A stretch of DNA of 64,000 nucleotides, taken from assembly GCF_006345805.1 (NCBI RefSeq), contig NC_042997.1:1798001-1862000 (forward strand). Reading direction: 5' to 3'. Shown one piece after another: positions 39,461 to 54,511 of this stretch; positions within the stretch are counted from its first letter, which is position 1; each line of letters opens with the position of its first letter. A program made the position numbers and the translations under genes. Under the pieces are notes generated by a model, which saw only the letters and a list, made by a program, of their open reading frames with translations, made no database searches and was not told the DNA's origin. This stretch comes from Octopus sinensis. Its lineage: Eukaryota.

Positions 39461-40035
39461 TTAACATCATTACACTACCACACCACATGACACCATCCAA
39501 CACCATCCCACATACACTAGCACTGACCACTTCCCAGCACCCACATCGCACACCATCAACTGCGTATTCTCACACCGACATCCACACACCTACACACCAT
39601 CATATGCACACCCACAAACCATCATCCGTACATACACACACCATCATCCAAATAGTCACACATTACAGTTGCACAAACTTACACACGCACACATCCGCTC
39701 GTCAAAGTCACTAACCCTTATCCATATACACACTTACACACTCACAAACACACATGGGCGCGCACTTTCGTGTTGGGATAAACAGCACTTTATTATTTCC
39801 CCTTCTTCCTAGCTCTCCTGCTGAACTACCTTTTTCCAACTAGTTGCCATGATTGATCGGTAAATCCACAACTGTTTTCTTTTTATTCTCTCTCACTTAA
39901 TTTCCACGTGTTACTTTCTGTTGGAAAGCGTAGGCTCGAAACGTAAAATACTTTCTTTCTTTCCTGAGCGTCAAAATTATACACCTGCTGTTGTTTATAC
40001 ACCTGTCTTCGTCTTTTGGATGTCTCTAAATTTCC

Positions 40036-40071
<36 letters not shown>

Positions 40072-40079
40072 ATATACCT

Positions 40080-40435
40080 TAAAAATTAATACTTAAAATT
40101 TAAATTAATATTTAACATTATAATCGTTGTTTTGATATAATCATAATCGTTAAGTTTCTAGTTTGATAATAGAGTGTTTTATAAGAAAATTTATTATATT
40201 ATTTATTTCTAAAAAATATTGTTTAAATATTTTTGATTATTTATTAAAATATTACAATTAACCTGAAGATTGAGTGTAACCATAACTTGAATTATTAATT
40301 GAATTTAAATTATTGTTATTCGAATTGGTTACGGGCATGAAACGATCGTAGTGTTTTTACTCTTTATCTTATTAAACTTTTAATACTTGTTGATAGTTTA
40401 TAAATAAATAAATAAATAAATATAAAAATATAAAA

Positions 40436-40478
<43 letters not shown>

Positions 40479-40705
40479 TAATATATAAAAAATAATAATA
40501 AAAAATATATATATTTATAATTTATAAGTTTAAATTATTAATTTAAATAATTTTTTAAAATTTGAACTTTGATTTAAATATTTCAATTGGATTTTTATAT
40601 TTTATATTTTATATTTTTATATATTTTTTAATTAATTTTATTTCTGTGTATGGCTTATGATTTTTACTGTTTGATTTGCCTAGTAGTGGTTTTATCTCTA
40701 ATTTA
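40080..40705 (+). mobile_element. Extremely AT-rich PLE terminal repeat with decayed hammerhead
   Basis: CUGAAGA at 40263-40269, long stem II, GAAA-C(GAUC)G-UA at 40339-40350; stem I reduced to 2 bp. Ends gtggttttatctctaat + (TA)n, like 23648. Confidence 0.6.
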
Positions 40706-40742
40706 ATATAATATATTTTATATATATATATATATAATATAT

Positions 40743-40773
<31 letters not shown>

Positions 40774-40869
40774 TATATATGGGTGTGTGTGTGTGTGTGT
40801 GTGTGTGTCTATAAACACACACGTATATATGTGCATATATATATATATGCATATATGTACAAGTATACT

Positions 40870-41073
40870 CTTTTACTCTTTTGTTTCTGTCATTTGTTTG
40901 CGGCCATACTGGAGCACCAGCTTCAGTCGAACAAATAGACCACCATGGCTTCGTTTTTAAGCCTAGTACTTATTCAATTGTTCTCTATTGTCGAACAGCC
41001 AGATTTCGTCGAAGTAAACACACCAACTTCGTTTGTGAAACGATGGTGGGGAAACAGATACAGAATTACATAT

Positions 41074-41152
<79 letters not shown>

Positions 41153-41410
41153 ATATATATATGGAACATGACAGTCCACGAAAATAGGACGAATGCTCCC
41201 GTTGATTAGCTCCAAGAGGCCATCGCGACTAGCTAGCCAAATGACACACAAACATGTGTCTGTTACAACCTTCGAACAGCGGATGTTGGCAGATTTCCAT
41301 TGCTGGTTCAACATACACAGACTAATTTCGGGGTCCACCCGAGACCATAGTAGAAGACACTTCCACAAGGTCCCATGCAGTGGGACGAACCCGAAGCCAC
41401 GTGGCAGGGT
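40870..41410 (-). mobile_element. SINE with internal microsatellite and extended head
   Basis: 3' half 40870-41065, (CA)(TA) tract, head with an extra central domain 41162-41410. Confidence 0.65.
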
Positions 41411-41558
41411 TCTATTTTGTACGATCGACGACGTTCCTCTCTCTAATGCAATATATTAACATTTTGAAGTTTAGTCTTCATACACAAACACACACATATA
41501 TTCGTGTATGTGCATGTGTGTGTGAATGTGTGTATGTTTACGTGTGTGCGTGTATATA

Positions 41559-41597
<39 letters not shown>

Positions 41598-41860
41598 TAT
41601 ATACGTTTTTAAACGTATACTCCTTTAGTCTTCTGGTTGTTTCACCTGTATGACTTCGCCCATGATCTAGCACTACCTGTAGTTGCATAAATCAACCCCC
41701 GACTTCTTATTTGTAAGCCTAGTACCTATTCTATCGGTATCTTTTGCCGAACCAATAAGTTACGGAGACGTAAACATACTAGCATCTGTTGTCAAGTGAT
41801 GGGGCGGGGGGAAACACAGGCACACAAACATATAGATAACACACACACACACACACACAC

Positions 41861-41905
<45 letters not shown>

Positions 41906-42600
41906 AACATGACAGTCCATGAAAATAGGACGAATGCTCCCGTTGATTAGCTCCAAGAGGCCATCGCGACTAGCTAGCCAAATGACACACAAACATGTGT
42001 CTGTTACAACCTTCGAACAGCGGATGTTGGCAGATTTCCATTGCTGGTTCAACATACACAGACTAATTTCGGGGTCCACCCGAGACCATAGTAGAAGACA
42101 CTTCCACAAGGTCCCATGCAGTGGGACGAACCCGAAGCCACGTGGCAGGGTTCTATTTTGTACGATCGACGACGTTCCTCTCTCTAATGCAATATATTAA
42201 CATTTTGAAGTTTAGTCTTCATACACAAACACACACATATATTCGTGTATGTGCATGTGTGTGTGAATGTGTGTATGTTTACGTGTGTGCGTGTATATAT
42301 ATATATATATAATAATATATATATATATATATATATATAGATATATACGTTTTTAAACGTATACTCCTTTAGTCTTCTGGTTGTTTCACCTGTATGACTT
42401 CGCCCATGATCTAGCACTACCTGTAGTTGCATAAATCAACCCCCGGACTTCTTATTTGTAAGCCTAGTACCTATTCTATCGGTATCTTTTGCCGAACCAA
42501 TAAGTTACGGAGACGTAAACATACTAGCATCTGTTGTCAAGTGATGGGGCGGGGGGAAACACAGGCACACAAACATATAGATAAACACACACACACACAC
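41162..42600. repeat. 741-bp tandem duplication
   Basis: Units begin tggaacatgacagtcca at 41162 and 41903; near-identical apart from a few substitutions/indels and microsatellite lengths. Confidence 0.95.
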
Positions 42601-42604
42601 ATAT

Positions 42605-42760
42605 GGATATGACGGGCTTCTTTCAGTGTCCGCTTACTAAATTCACTCACTAGTCTGTGGTCGGCTGTAGCCTATAGTAGAAGACACTTGCCACGTAGTG
42701 GAACTGAAACCGGAATAATGTGGTTGGTATCTAAGCTACTTACCATACAGCTACTTCTAT
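42605..42760 (-). mobile_element. SINE head
   Basis: gacgggcttctttcagt..gtagaagacacttgcc..ctacttaccatacagc. Confidence 0.7.
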
Positions 42761-42799
42761 TTTTTTGCATTACAGTGAGAATATTGGAAATTGTTCTCT

Positions 42800-42877
<78 letters not shown>

Positions 42878-43138
42878 GTATGTATGTATTCATATATGCA
42901 CATACATAGAGACACAGTATATACGTTGAAAGCATATATATATATATGTATATTTGCTATTTTACCTACGCGTACGAATAAATGCTTGTGCATGCTTAGC
43001 ATTTCTGCTAGATTTCAAATGCAAATTTACAGGTACACACGCGCATATTACTACATATATAGTTATCTCTATATCTTTCTAAGCATTGCAAGTAAGTGCC
43101 GGCAATAATGACTACTTTAAGTTACATATACATATATA

Positions 43139-43192
<54 letters not shown>

Positions 43193-43885
43193 TCAAACGT
43201 ATGTACACGCATTTGTATGTTAGTATTTATTGTCGCATATATAATAGCTGTAGCTGACAGTCTCTTTGTTCCCTCTATTTTTAAAACAGCAACTCAATTG
43301 AGTCATTCATTCAACACCGTGTGATTATACTGTCAAGTTGTCGAAGAGAATTTCTTTCCATTCGTTAGAGTGTTGGAAAATAGTTGGTTCTGACAAATTG
43401 GTAAATTTCCATGAGATAAGCATTATCTGTATGAGGATTGCTTTAAAGTGGTGACTGGCATGAAGAAATAGTGCAAAAATGATGAGAGGAATTATTTAGT
43501 TATCGTATCAATCTAGCTGTTTGTAAAAGTCAGTCACATGCATAGCTACAACAACTTGTTCTGTAACACCGAAAGCAATACTCATTCTAATTGCAGTTAC
43601 AAACAAGCTTATATGCTTGCACACGCACATGCACAATCGCACATACATATATGTATCTATACATAATTAGGTGGTCGTATGTATATGTATGTACGTATGT
43701 AAGTATTGTGTATGTATGTATGTATCTATCTATCTATTTATATATATATACATATATATAAATATATACATGCATATATGTATATATATGCATATGTATC
43801 TATCTATCTATCTATATATATATATATATATATAATATATATATATATATTATATATATATATATGTATGTATGTATCTATCTAT

Positions 43886-43923
<38 letters not shown>

Positions 43924-44779
43924 GTGTGTGTGTGTGTGTGTATGTGTGGGTGTGCGTGCGTGTGTCTGCATATATTTATGTATTTGTGCGCTTGTGTGTG
44001 CACGTGCATAATATTTGATTGTGAGTGCTTTATATAACACAAGGAAATAAGAATCGGAAACAGCTATCACAGAAATAGTGTCCTGGCAATATTTGCATCC
44101 GTTTCTCTTAGCTTGTAATTGTTATTATTTCCTCAGTATGCTCTGTCAGTTTTCAAACACTCTTAAATCTACATACACCCACCCACATATATATATATAT
44201 ATATATGTATACCGACAAACATTTTTATAATTGTGCATGCAAGTATGTAGGTATGAAATACTATTCGGTCCTCATAATCCTAGATCTGACACATCTATGA
44301 ACAGAATCGTGGTAATCTTATATTTTTATTCCCGCTGAAATGTATTTTTAATCGCATTATCTGATTTGTTTAAGATGGTACACTCAGGAAGATATGATTC
44401 CTATTTCTCTCAGATATAGGGATATCTTAGAATGCTTCCTCGTTGCTTGTCTATAACTTAATTGTTCACAAATCAGGTTTGCCTGATGCCTATTTCTCTC
44501 GATGTTATCAACACAATGAAGCTATACTATACCTATCATGTGGGACATAATATGATTTCTATAATAAAAATAAACATCTCTAACGCATATTAATGTTTGA
44601 CGTGCAATTGTGTAATATATTTACAATTCGCATCTTCTCTCTTCAGGAAAACCATATTCAAAGATTTTGAAACGTACTTTTTATAGAGAGGCTTGCATCT
44701 TCTAAATATCCTTCAATTACTTGTTTGCTGATGTGAAGTTAAGTGAATTAAATTGTATTTTTAAAATTACTCGTGATTG

Positions 44780-44801
44780 TGATTATTATTATTATTATTA
44801 A

Positions 44802-44860
<59 letters not shown>

Positions 44861-45048
44861 TATTACTATTATTGTTGTAGTTGTTGTTGTTACGCTATTG
44901 AGCAGAATATTTGCTGTAGCCCATTTTTTTTCACCATGACAAAACGTGTACAAAATAACATTTTCAATCAGTTACGATAAGAAGCCACGAAAAACGCTGC
45001 CGGGTATTGTATCACAGAAAATTATTATTATCATTATTATTATTATTA

Positions 45049-45129
<81 letters not shown>

Positions 45130-45167
45130 TAATATTATTATTATTATTATCATTATTATTATTATTA

Positions 45168-45241
<74 letters not shown>

Positions 45242-45303
45242 GTTATTGTTGTTGTTGTTGTTGTTGTTATTATTATTATGATTATTATTATTATTATTAT
45301 TAT
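44780..45303. repeat. Long (ATT)n tracts with GTT/ATC variants, enclosing a 5' fragment of the AAT-tailed element (44890-44990)
   Basis: Seen directly; gagcagaatatttgctgtagccc is shared with about 48140 and about 54980. Confidence 0.9.
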
Positions 45304-45304
45304 T

Positions 45305-45420
45305 TCGATTGTTTCCATTCTTGATGAGTGTCTTCCTGACACCTAGGACAGAAAAGGGTACTGTATACATTGATAGGCCATTAAAATAAACACACCAAAT
45401 AGACCATTTCCAAAGTCATG
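45305..45420 (-). mobile_element. 3'-UTR-only R4/Dong insertion
   Basis: Minus strand tggtgtgtttattttaatggcctatcaatgtatacagta..ctgtcctaggtgtc matches 10897-10980 and is followed by about 330 bp of (AAT)n. Confidence 0.65.
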
Positions 45421-45489
45421 TGACAAAGAAAAAAGAAGAAAGAGAGAAAAAATGAAACATACGGAATTAAACAAAAAATAAATGGCAAA

Positions 45490-45674
45490 AGGACCCGAAC
45501 ACGAAACGATGTTATAAAGAATTACAGGCCGATTACTCTGCTCAATGCAGAGTTGAAGATTTTGGCGAAAGTGTTAGCCATGTGGTAGGCGCTTGTGTGG
45601 ACAAGCTGGTTGGTGAAGCGCAAAATTGCGCCAACCCAACCAGGACTATTCACGATAACGTCTATCTTATGCGC

Positions 45675-45722
<48 letters not shown>

Positions 45723-47575
45723 ATTAGAGACAAAACCACTATTAGGCAAATCATACAATGAAAAACTTAAGCCAATACATAAGATTATTTAATTTATATT
45801 ATTTAAATATATAACAAAATTATTAAAAAAATATAATTAATATTACGATCGTTTCATGGCTGTTAATTTCTTTAAATTTTCGAGTTACAGTCATTCATCA
45901 GGTGGTTTAAATATTTATCTTGGCGAGGTTTAAATATATATATATAAGGCTATCTGAGAGACACCACTATGCCGAAATAGCAGTCAAAACCCTGACTCTA
46001 AAAACCACCTTAAATGTTTATATCGCACCATGAGATAAGGCAGAGACAAAATAAACTAGCAAAAAGATATTACTGGATAATTCAAGATCCTGGATTTCTA
46101 GCTTTGCTTCAAATAAGCTCTGCCTTCATCAGTTGAATATACCAGATGGACACATAAATACAAATATATATATACAGAACACATCTTATACTTACATATA
46201 CGAACGTCCATACATACATATGGTGGGTCGTTGCTTTATTTCGCGGCATCTGCTCAGTTGTTCGGGTGAATAATCACCTGTCAGAGTTATTCAGCCTCTT
46301 GCATTCCGTCCGTTAATGGCGCCGAGGCTCCCCCTCCTCTATGTACTGACTCTTGAGTCATTACTGTTGAAGTTGGAGGCTTTGAGGAGTGTCCCGCGTG
46401 ATCTAGGATGTGGGAGAAGTGTGTCTTCTTACACTGATGATGTCACCGTCATAGTGTCGAGTCACAGGCATATAAACCTGATTGGCGAAACACTACAGGA
46501 ATATGAATCGGTGGCAGAAGCAAAAGTTAACTTGCAAATATCAGTGGACTTGCAAATCGGCACCTGAAGAGGCGTGGTGGGGCGCTGGACAGACGCCCCT
46601 GTTAATTTGATGGGAATTTGGTTTGATCCGGACTCCCAGGTAGAGAAGAACTGGGACGAGGTGACGATCAGGTTAGCCAAATTCACCCAGAAACGGGCCA
46701 GAGGAAGCTGTCCCTGAAAGATCGGGCAGAGGTGGTGGATGCGTACATCGCATCCGTCATCCCTTGCCTTGTTTGCTGATTCACCAAGCTGGTGCGCTTA
46801 CACTTCTGCTTTCTGTGGAAACGGCACGTTCCACTGGTCAGTTGCTCCACCGGCTGTCAACAGCCGCTGAATGGAGGGCTGGGCATGCCGTGGTTATTGA
46901 TGCACAGACAGTCTCTGAGGTTGCGGCATCGCCAGTGTTTCACTGACGTTTGTAAGAAACACTTTTCCACAGATCGTTCTGCATGCCCTAGTCCAGTGCC
47001 CGAGTACTGCTGTCCTATGGGTTTATGTCGAACACCAGCTGTCGTGTGGAGACAGGATCCTGCTGTCAACTGAATCCTTTGTGATGATTTCCCCACCGTC
47101 CTCTTTTGGCCGGGAGGGGCAGTTAATTTCTATTTGTCCAGTGTTTGTAGCGAAAGAGGTAGTATAGTGGATCCGTTTAAAAGGGCTAAAGACAGACACC
47201 TTGCACTTCGGCCCAAACCTTACCAACTTTTTACCAAAGGATGTTGAGGGTGGGGAGGGAAGTGTTGCTTTGTAGCAAGTGTGTTGAAAGGTAGGTGAAT
47301 GTTGGAAGAATCGCCGGTGTGAAAGGTCCAATTCTGAGCGCGAACCTGAGAAAAAAGAGAAGGGCTCTTACACTGTTGGTCAGGCAACCGTGGCTTTTGT
47401 GGATTTTTCCACGAGAAATTGAAAGCGCCTCCCCTGTTGAGAGTTTTAACTTGTTCAATTTCTGTTGATTTTTTTATTGCGTACACGCGAAAACCCATTG
47501 TATGGTCATGTTCTTGTATTTTATGTTGTACGTCTTTTAATGTTTTTTTAGTACAGCCCTTGTTGCTAATAAAAT
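45490..47575 (+). mobile_element. L1/Tx1-like LINE RT relic interrupted by a PLE repeat
   Basis: NYRPITLLNAELKILAKVLA..TIHDNVYLMRY (45520-45678). Resumes about 46220 with PLLYVLTLE..SYTDDVTV, NGGLGMPWLL, AKEVV*WIRLKGL. AATAAA at 47568-47573. Confidence 0.85.
45722..46160 (-). mobile_element. PLE terminal repeat(s) with decayed hammerhead
   Basis: ttagagacaaaaccactatt as at 22723. Minus strand CUGAUGA-stem II-GAAA-C(GAUC)G-UA at 45840-45905, stem I broken. Confidence 0.6.
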
Positions 47576-47585
47576 AGTAAAGTAA

Positions 47586-47699
<114 letters not shown>

Positions 47700-47769
47700 C
47701 ATTATTATATCTATCATTATTATTATTTTTATTATTATTATTATCATCATTATTATTACTATTATTATT

Positions 47770-48210
47770 GAGTGAGAGAGCAGTGCATGTCATGAAAGTG
47801 ACACTGGGATAAAATATACGAAGCCCAGTATACCCAACATGACTACCCGTCTGATAAAGTTACAGCAGGCACATATATCACAAATATTTGTGCGCAACAT
47901 AGTGATCTCATATTAAGATGAACAGCGCACGATCTTGCAGGTGGGGCCCAGTTAAAGTTTTCTTCAGGTCGTGTAACCCATCCCGCTCAAAAGGTCCCTG
48001 AATAAGGTTTGTTTAAGTATGTCGAACGAAACACCCATGTTTCCAGAGGTGAATTATCCAAGCCCGAAAGAATTCCTTTGAACAGAGAAGCACATATCGC
48101 CAGTAACTGAGTTAAGATGAAGGAACTGAGAAGCGGAATATTTGCTGTAGCCCATTTTTATACCAAGACAAAGCAATATACATGATAACACTTCCAATAA
48201 GTTAAGATGA
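47770..48210 (-). mobile_element. Non-coding AAT-tailed element
   Basis: 3' end ..gcactgctctctcactc+(AAT)n; homologous to 54665-55087; trinucleotide tracts on both sides. Confidence 0.75.
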
Positions 48211-48217
48211 GCTATCG

Positions 48218-48266
<49 letters not shown>

Positions 48267-48312
48267 TACCATTATTATTATTATTATTATTATTATATTA
48301 TTATTATTATTA

Positions 48313-48349
<37 letters not shown>

Positions 48350-49814
48350 ATTATTCGCCTGAGTAGAAAGTGTATACGTCAGATTTAAGATGTTAGTGTA
48401 AATTGAATGTGAATAAATTCTCTCATTTAATGTGTGTACCGTTTCCAACAAAGGCATTTATTAATTACTTGCTTCTTGTCCCTTTGGGGAAAAGACCCTT
48501 CATTAGAATTATTTGGTTGATCATGTTATACTATGTCGTAACTTTAGAACATGGTATAGAAACAAACAATATCAAACAAAGAAACAGGAAAACACATTTG
48601 CACAGACATCATTCAGAAATGTATATCAATCTACGAAAGTTAAGAAAAAAAAAATCAAATATTGTATTGGCGTTTATGCCACAAATAAGAATTTATTGGA
48701 AGATTTGCACAACGAAAAAACAATCATAATGTCAGCAATGTCAAAACATCATGTCAAACAAGGAAATTCTTGATTGATTAGGTTTTCTGTTGGAGACACG
48801 AAATTGGCAAAACAGTGTTAAGAAATATTCTCACTCCCTGCCCCACGATTTTCTCGAAGGAGGGAGAGAAAAATCGATATATTTATGTCCCTCGAAAAAT
48901 AGGAGTAATCTTACGTACGTCACCTGCAACGTATTTAAACACACTCAGATTTGGCACAACAATTTATGCCGCTCGACAAATAGGAGAAAATTTATGAATA
49001 CCATCTAAAAAAATGTATTGAAACCCACTCAAATCTGGTACAGCAATAGATGTAAAAAATAAGAAAAAAGGTGGGTCGTATAGTCTACCTGATTTTCGTT
49101 GTTTCTTAAAGTGCTGGATCTTCGCACTTCTACAATGAGTGAGGTGATACGATTTATAACCACATATGTACATGATATTGACCAAGCAAAAACATGCGTG
49201 ATAGTGAAGAGCATTTCGAAAACACACTAAACGTCTGACGCATTGCCGCCTATGTGACCCAATATCTCTGTTGAAAGAGCCAAGTGATACGAAACTACAC
49301 GTGTTGGGACGAGAGCTCATTATGACAATCACAAAACCATTCGGAATAAGATCTCTATTAATATTTTTATTTTATGACGTAAATAAGATACATGATTATT
49401 TAATCTAATCTAACTTAATTTTAAATGGTCACCCACGCCATGGTATCTATGCGTATGTGCATGCACATGGTTTTAGTATTTATGTCATTTTGAGCAGCAA
49501 CTATGTATATAAGAAGATCAATCTTCTACTATTAAAGTATAAATATGAAATTCACAGGGTTAAAATATTCAGTGTGCGATGTAGCATACGTCTGTGACAT
49601 TGTTTTCAACTTTGAACATTTAAATCTTTTTAGTATTGACAATACGCCAGACATTTCATTCATAGAAACAGGAAAATGACGAAAAGAATCATGTGTGTAT
49701 AGCGCAGTGGATATTACAAGACATTGTTTCGTTTTGTCTCATCGAAACAGAAAAACACAAATACAAACACACATGCATAATCTATATCTATATCTATAAA
49801 TATATCTATATTTA

Positions 49815-49888
<74 letters not shown>

Positions 49889-50527
49889 ATATATATATCG
49901 ATAGATAGATATGCATAAACACACATATACATATACACACTGTGCTTGTATGAGTGTGTGAGTGGATGTAATTGTACAGCAGTGTATGAATGATACATTG
50001 ATTTTAATATCAGGTGATTCAAATGAAAAAAACAGAAATTAACTTTTAAACTTTACCAGAAATCTTAACAGGATTATCATTCCAAATAGTTTCGAGAATA
50101 CTGAAATTGTTTTAAATTATTCTTTTCAGCCAAATTTAGTATTCTAAAAAAGAATTAAACCCATAGTGACTCACGTTAGACGCACGAATTTTCAAATGAA
50201 ATCAGTGAACCATGAATGATGTCGATTCAGATTTATAACAAGACAGTTATTTATATTCATTCCTTTTATGCATGCCTGTATTTATTGATATTTTCTTTCC
50301 ACGAACCTTTATTCTTAGTGAGTTTGCTTTCTCGCTTGATTTTGATGAATATCTTTTAATATACTTGATTTGATTTTATATTTTCTGCACTTCATAGTTT
50401 CTTTTTAATAGTTTTGTACAACTGCAAGTGAAGCATTCTATTAGTGAAATGATGTTTAGGTTTATTCATTCTTATGTTCGTGTATATTCGAGTGACTTCA
50501 CTGAGTGAGGATAAAAATTGACCATAT

Positions 50528-50580
<53 letters not shown>

Positions 50581-51818
50581 TGCTCTCGTGTATGTGTGTG
50601 TGTCCATTTTTATATCTGTACGTACATCACAATCGATCAAAATATTGGCTACTACCGAACCAGAAAGAAGTAAAAGAAAACAATACAAAATGCTAAAATG
50701 GTGCCTCCATATAAAGGGCTTCCGAGTAATTAAATTTATCTGCCGTTCCCTGAGAACTTCCACACACCTAAAGCAAATGAAAGAGCATCATTCTCGGAAC
50801 ATTTCTGTTTGTCTGTACATTTTGAAATTATAAATTTATGTGAAAATTTTCAAATTTGGCGTAGGTAATTTTTCACGCTGAATGTCAGGGCCAAATTCAC
50901 GTTTGCTTGAAAATTTTTTTAAAAAATTGCAGATGTTTAATGTTTGATAATTTTACCCAGTCAGAAAACAGGATTTGGTACTCGTCGGTTTGTGCAAGAT
51001 TGAACATTTTGTCAAATAGCACGTGTTTTACTATCAAACTATAAATGAAATATTGGAGGGAATTCTGTTTTACGCATGCCAAATAAACCCTCATAACTTT
51101 TATAATTGGGGAATTTTCAGGTAAATTTTGCGAAGTTGCATTCTACATACGGGAATTCATAAGATTATACAATTATCCCCACCCAAATAATTCATGCACG
51201 TGATTAAAGGCCTACATAGCTGTTATTTCTAACACACCTCAAGACCACCCCATGCCTCATGTGTTTGAAGCATTTAATAATTTTCAAAAGTGACCACGTG
51301 GCTAGACAGGACAGCAGCAGACGCGTACGCAGCTTGATAACAGCTTGGCTTTGTTATGTGGAAACAGGTACCTATGTGCCTACAGCTTTCAATTGGTTAA
51401 AATTACCCAAATTTTGAAAAGTTTAAAATATATTAACTCTATATTGATTGATTTGTGGCGAAAATGTATCTAATATCAATAATTACCATACAAAACTATA
51501 TCAGAACACAAAATGTGAAATCATTAGGAACAAAATTTTAAAAAAACTTCAAAAATGGCTGTCAAACAAAAATTCACGCGCTCATCTGTGATAATACAAA
51601 TTCATTCTCATTCTTTCTGTTTTCTTTTTTTCATAAAGACTAATAACCGAAGGAAAGAGAAATTCCATAAAATTATTATAGGATATTTTGTATATACATA
51701 AATTGCTAATCAACTCTTCATATAAATACACACACACACACACACATGCAATCACACACATGCATGTATGTGCGTGTACAAATATATATAATATATATAT
51801 AATATATATATATATATA

Positions 51819-51849
<31 letters not shown>

Positions 51850-51884
51850 ATTTGCATATATAGACAGATTTATGTATATATGTC

Positions 51885-52101
51885 TCTTTTACTCTTTTAC
51901 TTGTTTCAGTCATTTGACTGCGGTCATGCTGGGGCACCGCCTTTACTCGAGCAACTCGACCCCGGGACTTATTCTTTTGTAAGCCCAATACTTATTCTAT
52001 CGGTCTTTTTGCCGAACCGCTAAGTAACAGGGGCATAAACACACCAGTATCGATTGTCAAGCAATGCTAGGGGGACAATCACAGACACACAAACACACAC
52101 A

Positions 52102-52199
<98 letters not shown>

Positions 52200-52365
52200 T
52201 ACGACGGGCTTCTTTCAGTTTCCGTCTACCAAATCTACTCACAAGGCTTTGGCCGGCCCGAGGCCATAGTAGAAGACACTTGCCCAAGATACCACGCAGT
52301 GGGACTGAACCCGGAACCATGTGGTTGGTAAACAAGCTACTTACCACACAACCACTTCTGCGCCT
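51885..52365 (-). mobile_element. Full-length tRNA-derived SINE with internal (TA)n(TG)n
   Basis: Head with A/B-box-like gtggttgtgtgg / gggttcagtccc, internal microsatellite, 3' end ..gactgaaacaagtaaaagagtaaag. Confidence 0.85.
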
Positions 52366-54438
52366 ATATATGTATATATATATATTCATATGTATAGTCT
52401 GTTACGAATTAGAATCAGTGCCAGTATTCTAAATATTATCGACCTCACATACTCAACGTATCTGGTCTTTTTCCCGTCCGCTGGTTCCCTATAGTATACA
52501 GAAGGGGATGGGGGGTGAAACGATGTTACAACACTTGAAAGACAAGTCGCTCCACTCGTATTCAGAAGTAATGGATACTAATATTTCACCATTTTTGTGG
52601 TCAGCTCACCCCTGGTTCTCTTCATGCCCATGATATTGTGAAACCGAAAAAAATGGCGAAATATCGGTATGATCACACTTGAATGCGACTGGAGGCTAGT
52701 TGTATTTCAGTTTTTTTAACACAGAGTGGTATACGGGAATGGTCCCCACCAAAGTTCAATTCTGCAGAAGAACCGGCGAAGAGTATGAGCCTCAAAAATA
52801 TATACGTTTGTGTGTGTGTGTGTGCGCCTATGTCTGTGTTTGTTTGGGTAAAGAAGGTATAAACATTCTTCCTTAGCTGCGGCCAGTTAGCAATCTAAGA
52901 AACATAATTCAACTCGGCCCAATTATTCAACTGAAACTCCTTCGGACCTCACAATTTTGTAATCAGCATGAAATAAAGTTGATTCTGTGATTATTTAAAT
53001 AAAATTGATATGGCATTTGAAGAAACATTAATTTGCAGAGCCATTTGCTGAAAAATTAAAGAATGTATAAATTACACCTATCGTAGAGTTTGAAACTCTA
53101 CGTTAGGTGCAAATTTTGAGAGGCCTCATGTCATTATCGTCAGAGATCCGTGAGTTCACAGTAAATTTTTCCTGCTTTTTATAAATAAATTGATCTCACT
53201 GCATCATACGTTCGTATACGCCCATACACACTCACCAAGATACGTTATTTGCCTTCACTCCTATATATCAACTTTATACTGTCACATGGACTCCTTGCTA
53301 CACAGTAGGTTTATAATAAACAAAAGTCTAAAGATGAAATCAATATTTTGATAAACGCATGGCTATGTCTTTCTTAAAATGAAAACATGATGCTTCATGT
53401 CTGAATTATATTACGAAATGAACAGACTAAATGTTCTATAACCAATGGGAGAATTCAAATGTTCAATAAATGATCGGATCGAACTCAACTTAATAAAATG
53501 ATGTATAAAATAATTCACGTTCATTTTGAGAAACTTCAATATGTATTTTTTCGAAAACAACAATAACAACCGCAGCAATAACAACAATACGAATAGTAGC
53601 CACGGCCACGGCTCACTGACAGCACAATTGATGACTTATCAAACTCTGCAATCAACAACCTTTTACAGTCCAGCTACTCAGATTACTTATTTCCTCCGTA
53701 TATCACAACTGAACCATCTTTATTATAACTATCATTTTCAATAGCTACTCTCCTAACCACAAATAAACAACAACAAGAACAGCAAAATAGGCAGCCATAG
53801 TCACTCCTCAATACTAACAGAACTGATGACTTTATTAAACAACACAGTCCCTAGACCATCTCACAGTCAGGCTACTCAAATTTTTCTCTCTCTCAAATTA
53901 ACGCAAGAGATCCACAAGCATCATTATCATTCTATTTACTGATACTTCAATTACCACCACTATCATTACCACTACTCCAATTAGGGAACAATTTCTCCTT
54001 TCTTACCTCACCGTCTGCCCCAGTCTGAATGTATACCTCACAGATCCAAGATAAATCTGCCAAATATAAATATAATAAAATCTATGAAAGTACAAGTAAA
54101 CATTATGCTACTATTCGGAAGGCGAGAGGCTATGCGTACGCAGTGGCTGCAACGTCACTCATGTATCTGGGACAAGACGCACAATCCGTACAATGAACAC
54201 AAGCCAACGCCAAAGCAAACATCTCATAACATCACCACCACCACTGCTAAATACTAAATCACACATAATAGCTCCTACACGTTTAACCAGGAAACCTAAA
54301 ATCTGCCGCAATTCCCAACGCGGAAGATATATCTGAAGTCTGAATGTCCCTTCACTCGACTTCCAGGGATTCGACACACTATTAAAAGCATGACTTCAAG
54401 CCAACACCAAATCCGCAATAGAAATATCCCTTGCATTA

Positions 54439-54511
<73 letters not shown>

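Noticed and set aside
48790-49330. Host exons or an L1 relic (KKGGSYSLPDF)
   Set aside because: There is only one weak motif and stops occur in all frames; it is unassignable.
50860-51590. MITE / DNA transposon
   Set aside because: It looks like a repeat, but I could not find paired TIRs or a TSD.
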